Made by a program: the position numbers and the translations under genes. Shown one piece after another: positions 1 to 8,600 of a stretch of DNA of 16,065 nt. The notes beneath the pieces are model-generated. The model worked only from the letters and a program-made list of their open reading frames with translations. It was not told where the DNA came from and searched no databases. Every line of letters starts with the position of its first letter. Positions within the stretch are counted from its first letter, which is position 1. This DNA is from Planctomycetota bacterium (GTDB lineage: Bacteria > Planctomycetota > UBA1135 > UBA2386), in contig CANMWZ010000058.1 in NCBI GenBank assembly GCA_947501605.1, positions 1 through 16,065 of the forward strand, written 5' to 3'.

Positions 1-773
1 AGACCCGCGGCGGCGTGCACTTGCAGGATGGCGAGGCGTTCGCCGTGGCTCGGGGTCGGGAGCAACCCGGGAAGCCGGCGGCAGAGAGCGCTCTTGCCGC
101 TGCCGGGCGGGCCGACAAACAGGACGTTGTGGCCGCCAGCCGCGGCGACGCACAACGCGCGTTTGGGGGTTTCATGGCCGCGGATGTCGCTGAGATCGAT
201 CGTCGAGGGCACTCGCACAGAGGGATGCGCGGTGACCGGATCGAGTTCGCGACGTCCGGCGACCCAATAGATCGCATCGGCAAGCGTCTCGGCGCCGAGG
301 ACACGGAGTCCATCGATGCCGGCGCATCGGCTTGCGTCCACGGTGCTGCACAGCAGTGTGTGCAGTCCGCGAGCCCGCGCCATCAGCGCGATGCTCACGG
401 CACCTCGTGCCGGCAGGAGCTGTCCGCGGAGGGACACTTCGCCGCAGGCGCAGAGGCCCAGCGTGCGAGATGGCGCAAACATGCCGCCCGCGCCAGCAAG
501 TGCCAGGGCGAGCGGCAGGTCGAAGCCCGAGCCGCTCTTGCGCATCGAGGCCGGCGCGAAGTTGACGGTGGTTACGCCCCTTGGCGTCGGCAGGGCGAGG
601 CAGAAGAACGCGTTGAGCACGCGATGATAGGCCTCGCGGACTGCGGCATCGACGAGGCCGAGGATGCGTGGCGTGCCGTCGCTGGCCGACCGCGCGGTGG
701 CCTCGACGGTGATCGGCTCGGCATCGACGCCGACGACCATGCCGGTCGTGATCGTGACGGTAGGTGGGTGCAC
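1..773 (-). CDS. comM: ComM/YifB family Mg-chelatase-like AAA+ ATPase, 3' end truncated by the window edge
   Basis: Manual minus-strand translation from GTG at 773 (alternative in-frame ATG at 740) gives MHPPTVTITTGMVVGVDAEPITVE...ILGLVDAAVREAYHRV...TVNFAPASMRKSGSGFDLPLALAL (Lon-like N-domain motifs of ComM). It continues to DLSDIRGHETPKRALCVAAAGGHNVLFVGPPGSGKS (Walker A). The frame is open to position 1, so it is absent from the ORF track. Confidence 0.93.
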   Translation of the reverse strand, partial: MHPPTVTITTGMVVGVDAEPITVEATARSASDGTPRILGLVDAAVREAYHRVLNAFFCLALPTPRGVTTVNFAPASMRKSGSGFDLPLALALAGAGGMFAPSRTLGLCACGEVSLRGQLLPARGAVSIALMARARGLHTLLCSTVDASRCAGIDGLRVLGAETLADAIYWVAGRRELDPVTAHPSVRVPSTIDLSDIRGHETPKRALCVAAAGGHNVLFVGPPGSGKSALCRRLPGLLPTPSHGERLAILQVHAAAG

Positions 774-862
774 AGCCCTTCTGTGCGAGGAAGGGCCTCG
801 CGGTTACGCGCGAAGTTGCGGATCGGGCTTGCGAGCCGATGCCACTCGCCTGCGCGTTGGCC

Positions 863-1246
863 TCAGCCGCGTTCGGGCAGGCCGCGCAGGAATCGGATCA
901 ACGCCACGGCGCCAGCGCGCGAACCGGGGTGAAAGCCGACTGCGGTCGTTCGGCTCTTGGCGTCGTCGCGGACCAGTTCTGGGCCGTAGGTCAGGGCCGC
1001 GAGTTCGGGGTCGACTTCGCGCAGGGAATCGACGATCGCACCGGCTAGTCCGGGCGCGACATCGGGTCCGACCACGATGCAATGGTGGCCGCCAGACCCA
1101 AAGAACGCCCTCTGCGCGGCCGCGAGGTCGCGGGCGATGTCGATCGCAAACCCGTGGTCCTCCAGCTGGGACAGCAGGGACTGCATCGGTCGCTCATCCC
1201 GGAGAACGGCGAGCAGGTCGAGGCGTCGGTCAGGTGGAAGGCGCAC
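863..1246 (-). CDS. Small CheY/receiver-like protein (degenerate pseudo-receiver), hypothetical
   Basis: C-terminal part of ORF 863..1453. RLDLLAVLRDERPMQSLLSQLEDHGFAIDIARDLAAAQRAF...HCIVVGPD follows the beta1-alpha1-beta2-alpha2-beta3 pattern of receiver domains. Start uncertain: GTG 1246 chosen, alternatives ATG 1315/1321 or 1186. A start at 1453 would overlap the divergent gene. Confidence 0.62.
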   Translation of the reverse strand: MRLPPDRRLDLLAVLRDERPMQSLLSQLEDHGFAIDIARDLAAAQRAFFGSGGHHCIVVGPDVAPGLAGAIVDSLREVDPELAALTYGPELVRDDAKSRTTAVGFHPGSRAGAVALIRFLRGLPERG

Positions 1247-1319
1247 GCAGGTCGTGCATCGGCTCTGCAGTCGAGGCGAGTCAAGGTCGGTGGAGGTCTG
1301 CGCCGATGCAGCCATTGTC

Positions 1320-2363
1320 ATGGTCGTTCGCAACTCGGTTGTTCTCGTTCTTTCTGCGGCCCTCGCATGTGCACAGACCACCTTGGTCTTGCCGTCTTCG
1401 CATGCGACGCTCGAGGGCACGACCTCGACCAACGTCCCGTTCGGTCGCAGCACGCCGATGCGCGTGCAGCAGATCTACGATGCGATGCTGTTCTCTGCAT
1501 CCGGCACGATCACACAGATCGCCTTCCGACTGGACGGCGGCAGCACCGCAACGGGCAAGCAGGTCGACTGCGAGATCCGCATGTCGACGACGCCGCTCGC
1601 GCTGGTCGCAGTGAGCTCGACGTTTGCGGCGAATCGCGGCACCAACGAGACCGTCGTACTGCCGCGTCAGTTGCTCACACTGCCGTCGATGGCCTCGGCG
1701 CAGACGCCGTCGCCAATGCTGGCGCCGATCCCGCTCGCAGTGCCGTTCGCATACAACCCGCAGCTAGGTTCGCTCTGCATCGAGATTGTGGTCTTTGGTC
1801 AGCCCCCCGGGGGCTACACGCTCGACGCTACGTTTGTCTGCAACAGCCCTGAGGTCGCCATCGGTCCCGCCTCGTGCCAGCCGGCGACGGGTCTGCCGTT
1901 GCGGGTCGAGAGCGCCTCCGCCCAGGTGCTCTGGGGTCGCCCGTGGCTCACGCGCGCACTCGATGCTCCCCCTGGATCGCTCGTCATTCTGGCGCTCGGA
2001 TCCACAGAGGTGGGGACCTGGAACGGTGCCCCATTGCCAGTCGACCTCAGCACGGCGGGTGCGCCAAGCTGCTTTGTGAGCATCGACGCGTTGCAGACCT
2101 ACTTCCAGGTGGCGTTGGGCGATGGTTCGGCGACCTTCAACTTCGGGATTCCCAACGACCCGCGGCTCATCGGCGTGACGTTGCGCTACCAGGCCGGGGC
2201 CTTGCAGAATGGGCTGAATGCCCTGGGCGTCATCACCAGCCAGGCCAAGAAGGTCACGATCTGTGGGCTCGAACCAGTGGTGCGTGTCTGGTCGAGTGGC
2301 ACCACGGCTACGGATGGCGTGAAGGAACTCGGTACCGCACCCGTGATCGAAGTCCGGCTGTAG
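1320..2363 (+). CDS. Secreted hypothetical protein with planctomycete-type C-terminal beta domain
   Basis: ATG 1320 gives a signal peptide MVVRNSVVLVLSAALACA|QTT. The N-domain is beta-rich (RVQQIYDA...ITQIAFRLDG...STFAANRG...IPLAVPFAYNP). It is followed by LPVDLSTAGAPSCFVSID...FGIPNDPRLIGVTLRYQAGALQNGLNALGVITS, a pattern I recall from many secreted proteins of uncultured planctomycetes. Codon usage is GC3-rich. Confidence 0.8.
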   Translation: MVVRNSVVLVLSAALACAQTTLVLPSSHATLEGTTSTNVPFGRSTPMRVQQIYDAMLFSASGTITQIAFRLDGGSTATGKQVDCEIRMSTTPLALVAVSSTFAANRGTNETVVLPRQLLTLPSMASAQTPSPMLAPIPLAVPFAYNPQLGSLCIEIVVFGQPPGGYTLDATFVCNSPEVAIGPASCQPATGLPLRVESASAQVLWGRPWLTRALDAPPGSLVILALGSTEVGTWNGAPLPVDLSTAGAPSCFVSIDALQTYFQVALGDGSATFNFGIPNDPRLIGVTLRYQAGALQNGLNALGVITSQAKKVTICGLEPVVRVWSSGTTATDGVKELGTAPVIEVRL

Positions 2364-2563
2364 GACGCGGCGAGCCCCGAGCGAGCCGGGTCCGCCGCAG
2401 CCGGGCAACTCGCGCAGCGTTGCGGTCCACTACGAGAAGATCGCGGTAACGGCGCTCGGCGGTGAGGATACCAGCGTCGCGGTAGGACGGATCGTCCGCA
2501 CCGTCCTGGTCGCCCAGGGAAAGGCTCGAAGTTCCGGCCGTTGCCAGCGTCCATGGCGCGCGC

Positions 2564-2588
2564 GGAACCCGATCTTGCGGTCGCCGTT
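2564..2588 (+). promoter_or_regulatory. Candidate ECF sigma factor promoter GGAAC-N16-CGTT
   Basis: GGAAC (2564-2568), a 16-nt spacer and CGTT (2585-2588), ending 51 nt before ATG 2640. This matches the -35/-10 consensus described for EcfG/SigH-type ECF sigma factors. Confidence 0.45.
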
Positions 2589-2639
2589 GCCGCCGCCCCT
2601 TCGATTGCTCCGCCCCGGTCCGCCGCCCCTCGCTTCGTA

Positions 2640-5600
2640 ATGACGTTCCTTCGCCGCCGGCTCGCGTTCTTCCCGTTCCTTTTGGTGCTCACGGCCGCAG
2701 TCGTCGCCTGGTCACTCCCTCAGGGCGAAGACCTGCTGATTCAGCGACGGTATCGCGAGGCGGTTGCGGCGCTGGAGGCCGCACTGCCCCTCTCTGCGGT
2801 GGGGGAGCAGGACCGCGTGCTGCTGCTCTTGGGTGAGGCGCAGTGGCTTGCTGGCGACCGGAAGGCGGCAACCGAGACCTTGCAGCGACTTCTGCAAGAG
2901 CAAGCAGGTTCAGGCTACGTGCCGCATGCACGCTATCTGCTGGCCAAGGTACACGAGGGCGATGGCAATCTGCGAATGGCGGCGCAGATCTATCGCGACG
3001 AGAGCGAGCGACTGACTGGGTTCCTGCGCAAGGAAGAGGTCGCCAAGGTCTACCTCGAGCTCGCCGACAAGGCTGCGAGCCAGGACCCGCCGGACAACGG
3101 TCGCGTGGTGACCTTCTGCGACCTTGCGCTCGATCTTGGCTTGCGGCCCGAACGGGCGCGCGGCATCGAACTACGGGCGGCCGAAGCCGCGCTTGCCGGC
3201 GGTGCGCATGCAGAATCGGTGAGGCGCCTAGGACCTCTGGTCGAACTCCTGTCCATCGATGGTGGTAAGCGCAAGGCCATGCTGCTGCTCGGTCGCGCTC
3301 GACTCGCGGGTGGCGAACGGACCGCAGCCCGAGCTGTGCTCCGCGACCTCATCGCGCTCGGCAAGGACGCACCCGAGGCGGGGGACGCTGCCTACGAAGT
3401 GGCTCTGACCTTTGGCGTACCGCAGCCACCGGCGGCGCAACTCGATCGTGCGGTTCAGGCGCTCGAGGACCTTCGCCGCGATTGGCCGGCGCACCAGAAG
3501 GCGCGAGTCGCTCAGTACCTCGCCGCCCAGTGCTACCAGGGTGTTGGCCGCGCCGACGACGCGCTGCGCCTGCTGGCGGCGTTCCTCGAGGCGGAGGCCG
3601 GCAAGGGCGGGGAGGAGATCCCAGCAGCCCGAGCGCTGCGGGGCGACGTGCTCGCGCGCCAAGGCAAGACCGATCTCGCGATTGCTGCATGGCGCGAGTA
3701 CCTGGCGCAGCATCCCGCGCATGCCGATTGGGAGCGCGTGCAGCGCGCAATCGTCGACGCCGAGTGGACGCTCGCCAAGCGCGCCTTCGACGACGGCAAG
3801 TCCTTCTACGGAGCCGCGCGCGAGCGGCTCGATGCGTTTGCCCGCGCCTACCCGCTCGACCACCGCAACCCGTGGATCCTCCTGCTGCGCGGCTCGATGT
3901 GCATGCAAGAAGAGAGCTACGAGGCTGCGCGTGCCGAGTTTGCCCGCTGTGTCAGCAAGTACCCAGGTCGCGAGGAGAGCTCGAGTGCACAGTTGACGAT
4001 CGGCGAGATCTTCGAGACCAAGACCTTTGACTACGAGAAGGCACTCGAGGCCTATCGCGCGGTGACGTGGGGCAGCGCCGCCGCCGTCGCGCAGGAGCGC
4101 GTCGCACGACTGACGCAGACGACGGTTCGCGTTCGCACGCCGCGTGTGTTCCGCACCGACGAGCAGCCGGGGTTCGTGCTGACGTCGCGCAACGTCGAGT
4201 CGGTGCGCGTTCGCGTGTTCCGGCTCGATCTCGAAGACTACTTCCGGGCGACGCATCAGGCCGCCAACGTGCATGAACTCGACATCGAGGTGATCGCCGC
4301 TGACCTGACGTTTGACAGCGCGGTCGCTGGCTACGTTCGCTATTGCGAGACCGAGCGCACGGTGTCGCTGCCGCTCAAGGAGCCCGGCGCGTACGTCGTC
4401 AAGGTCGACGACAAACGCTACGAGGCGACGACCATGGTGCTGGTGAGCGACCTCGCGCTGATCACGAAGTCGAGCCGCCACGAGTTCCTCGTGATGACTC
4501 AGAACACGAAGGAGAACCGCATCGAGGCTGGGGTGAAGGTCGTTCTGGGCGACGCCGAAAAGGTGCTGGCCGAAGGCGTGACGGATGCTCAGGGCTTCTT
4601 TCGCTTCCGCGGCAACGAACTGAAGAACTGCGACTCGCTACGCGTGTTTGCCGTCGCCGCCGGCGGCTCAGGTGCGAGCTCGCTCGATCTGTCCGGCATG
4701 GGCTATTCCGCGGGCCTGCTGCCGCGGGGCTACCTGACGACGGACCGGCCGCTGTACCAGCCCGGCCATCGTGTTCACGGCAAGGGCGTCGTGCGCGAGG
4801 TTCACGATGGCATCTATGCGTTGCCGCAGGCGAGCGGTTACGCCGTGCAGGTGCTGTCGCCGAGCGGTCAAGTCGTGATGTTGCGCGATGTAGCGTTCTC
4901 GCCATTTGGCACCTTCGATTTCGATCTCGATCTCGATGCCGAGGCCGAACTCGGCGAATGGCGCATCACGGTCGGCCTTGCCAAGCGTTCCGATCACCAA
5001 TGGCAGACGACGTTCCACGTCGGTCGCTACGAGCGCCCACGGTTGCAACTGACCATCGAGGTGGCCGAATCTGTGGTCTACCGAGGCGAGCACATCCGCG
5101 GCACGCTACGCGCGCAGTGGTTCTATGGGCAGCCGGCCCAGGGTCGCGACGTCGTCGTGCGTCTGCAAATGCCTGACGGCAGTGTCATGGAGCGTCGAGG
5201 CACCACCAACGCCGCCGGCGAAGTGCCCTTCGAACTGCCGACCGAGGACTTCGCCGAAGAGGCCATGGCGGTGCTCGCGGCCGAGATGCCTGCGGACGGC
5301 GTGGGTTCTGGCTTGGCGGTGCCGATCGCGACCAGCGAACTCGACATCGGAGTCACCACACCGCAGCCGGTCTACCTTGCCGGGGAGCCGTTCGAAGTCT
5401 CGGTTGTCGCCAAGGACCGTTCGGGCAAGCCGCTCCAACGCGAACTGACGGCTGTGTTGCTCGCGCTCGAGACCGATCCGCGCAACGGCACCGTGGCCGA
5501 ACGCGAACTCGAGCGCCGCACCGTGCGCACCACTGCCGATGGCGCGGCGAAGACGACTTTCACTGCCGCCAAGGGTGGCCAGATCCGTGTTCGCGTTCAG

Positions 5601-8600
5601 GCCATCGATCGCTTCGCGGTCCCGGTCAGCAGCGAAGTGCAACTGACCATCAGTGGCGACGATGATGCGCAGCGTCTGCGTCTCCTCTGCGGTCGCGAGA
5701 CTTTCAAGGTCGGCGAGAAGGCCGCAGTGCGCCTGGTCAATCGTGCTGGCGCGCGCCTCGCACTGTTGACTTGGCAAGGCGATGGCATCTTGGCCTGCGA
5801 AACTCGGGTAGTGCCGTCGGGTGAGTCGACGATCGAGATGCTGTTGCAGCCGGAGCATGCACCGAATTTTGCCTTCGCCGTGGCCATGGTTGATGGTGAG
5901 CAGTTGCACACTGCCGAACGGCCGTTTCTGGTGCAACGTGACCTGACGATCGAGCTCGAGGCACCAGCAGTGGCGGCCCCAGGTGGCAAGGTCGACCTAG
6001 TGGTGCGGGTGCGCGATCCGCAGGGTCGTCCGCTGCGCGCCGAGATCTCGGTGGCGATGGTCGATGACGCGCTGTTGGCGCTGCACGGCGACAAGGCGCC
6101 GCCGATCGGCGCCTACTTCTACGGGCAAATGCGCGAGACTGCGTTCCGCACGCAGTCGAGTTGCACGTGGTCGTATGACGGCATCACCCGCGCCGTAGAT
6201 GAGGCGCTGCTGAGCGAAGACGCGCGGCGGGCGCTGCCTGCCGCCGAGGCTCCGACCAGCGTGGCCCTGAGCAAGTCGAGTGACGGGCTGTTCGGGCTCC
6301 TGCCCGGGCAGGATGTGGCTGCGGGTGCCACCGCGTTTGACAGCAAAGAGTGGAATCTAGCCGTTGCCTTCGGCGGCGGTACTGGGTCTCTGAGTGCCCA
6401 GGAGCGCGAGAAGTTGGCATACAAGTTGGGGAGCGGCGCTGGCGCGCAAGACGAAGCCAGCAGAGCGCGTGGTTATGCCAGCTTCGCCGGTCGAGGTGTT
6501 CGCAGCGTCGTCGCTGGGTTGCCCTTCGATCTCGGTGCCGGTGGCTTTGACGACCGCATGGTCACCGACCTCCACGTCGGCCCGACGCTGGGATTGGTGT
6601 TCGCCGGCGAAACTCCGGTTGGCGGCGTGCGCGTAGACTTTCGTGAGACGGGTGTTTGGCTCGCGTCTTTGACCACGGGCGACGACGGGACTGCGCGCGC
6701 GACCATCGTCGTGCCGCACAGCACCACATCCTGGCGTCTGCAAGCGCGTGCCGTTACCGCGGATAGCTGGGTCGGCGAAGGGCGCGGCCAATTGCGCTCG
6801 CAGCGCGATGTCCAGGTTGACATCCAGGGTCCGCCGGTCTTGACCGAAGGCGATGAGGTCGCATTCAGCGCGCGCGTACACAACCTTGGCGCCGAGCGCA
6901 GTAGCGGGTCGATGAAGTTCCGGCGCACGATGGGCGAGAAGACCTTCGAAGACGAGCGGGCAATCGAGCTCTCAGCGGGTGGCGAGTTGACGGTCGAGTA
7001 CCCGTTTGTCGCGGCCACGGCCGGCGCTGTCGAGTTGGAAGCGGGCGCCGCGTTGGGCGCTGCTGTCGATGCACTGAAGCGATCGATCCTCGTGCAGCCG
7101 TTTGGGGTCGAGGTCGTCGAGGGGCGCTCTGGCAGCACGCGCGACCGCGCGGCACTCGATCTGTCGCTGCCAGCTGATGGCGAATTCGCCTGGATGCGGA
7201 TGGTGGTGGAGGTCGGGCCCGATCGAGGCCGCGACCTGCTGCGGGCTGCGATCGGCGGCGGCTACCAGTTGCGCAACTGCGTGCAGGTCGAGTCGACTGT
7301 CCTCGCCCGCAGTAGTCGCGGCCTGTCGGCGTTGCTGGTACTCGACTACCTCGAGCACACGAGCGCACTGCTGCCGCTCGATCGCGAACAGCTGCTGGCC
7401 CAGGCCAACGCCGCACTGCAAGGGCTGATCGGCGCCCAGCTGGCGGACGGCAGCTTCTCCTGGGTCGGCAAACGCAGCCAGGACCTGCGCAGTACGAGCC
7501 AGGCGCTGCGATTTCTGTCGGCATGCGTACGGCGCGGTCTTGGGAATGCCGAGTCGCCACGCAATCGCGCTGCCGAAGCGCTGCTGCAGGCCTCGCGAAG
7601 CGCCGGCAACGATCAGCGGGCTGACCTGATGTGGGCCTTGGCCGTCGACGGCCGCGCCCGATTCGAGGCGCTCAACGCGTTGCATCGGACGCGCAACTCG
7701 CTCGGCGCCGACGGCCTCGCTCGGTTGGCGCTCGCTTGGCAGGCATTCGGGCGTGCCGAGCTCGCCAACGAGGTCCTCGTGGCGCTGCAGAAGGCTATGC
7801 CGCCGACGCTGTTCCAGCAGCTCTCGACCGAGACCGTGGCCCTCGCGGCGCGTGCGCTGCTGACTGCCGATCCGCGCGATGGGCTCGGTGTTGCGGCGGC
7901 AGCGGCTGCGAGTTCGTCGCGGTGCGGTGCGGGATGGTCGACGCCGGAAGCGACGACCGCGGCGATCGCGCTGGCCGCGATGCAACAGCGCGAGGGTGCG
8001 GGGGCCGCGCGGGCTACCGAAGTGACCGTGGTGGTCAACGGCCGCGAGTTGGCGACGACGCCGAAGTCCGCGCAAGGTCTCGGCAGCGTGCTGGTCGTCC
8101 CGAGCGAGTGGCTGCAGGCTCGCGGCAACGCGGTGCAGATCCAAGTCGCCGGCGGCGGCGAGGCGTTCTACTCGATCACGCTGGTGGGCTTCCGCAAGGG
8201 CTTTGACGACAAGGTCGCCAATGACTCGCGCGTGCACCTGCAGCGCACCTACCTCGCGGCGCCGCGTCGGTTTGCCGGCCGCGATGTGCCATCTGGCTTC
8301 AGTGTGGTGCAAGGTCAGGGCTACCGGTCCTTCACCAATGAGGTGTCGCGCCTCCGCGTGGGCGAGTCAGCGCTGGCGCAGACCCACTTCGCGGTGCACG
8401 ACCAAGCGCTGGCGCTCCGCGGTTCGCCGCTGGTGCTCGAAGAGCCGCTTCCTGCGGGCTGTTCGGTGCCGCGCGACTCGATCCAGGGTCCATTCGACTA
8501 CGTCGAGGTGCAGCCCGATCGACTCGTTTTCTACTTCCGCGAAGGCGTCAATCTAGGCGTTGTCAGCTACCAACTGCAGGCTCGGTTTGCGGGCTCGTTC

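Noticed and set aside
15..932. 305-aa plus-strand ORF
   Set aside because: Antisense shadow of comM, whose conserved motifs are on the minus strand.
1077..1319. N-terminal extension of ORF 1077..2363
   Set aside because: Arg/Ser-rich and unstructured, overlapping the divergent receiver-like gene; the signal peptide begins at ATG 1320.
2541..2639. Upstream starts (2541/2553) for the A2M gene
   Set aside because: Low-complexity Ala/Pro extension in front of a clear signal peptide; the candidate promoter lies inside it.
2640..2720. Tat or lipoprotein signal in the A2M leader (LRRRLAFF)
   Set aside because: Does not fit S/T-R-R-x-F-L-K and has no lipobox Cys; a Sec signal or anchor is more likely.
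4916..4938. (TCGATY)n hexamer run
   Set aside because: Simply encodes FDFDLDLD within a beta strand; in-frame and not a contingency repeat.
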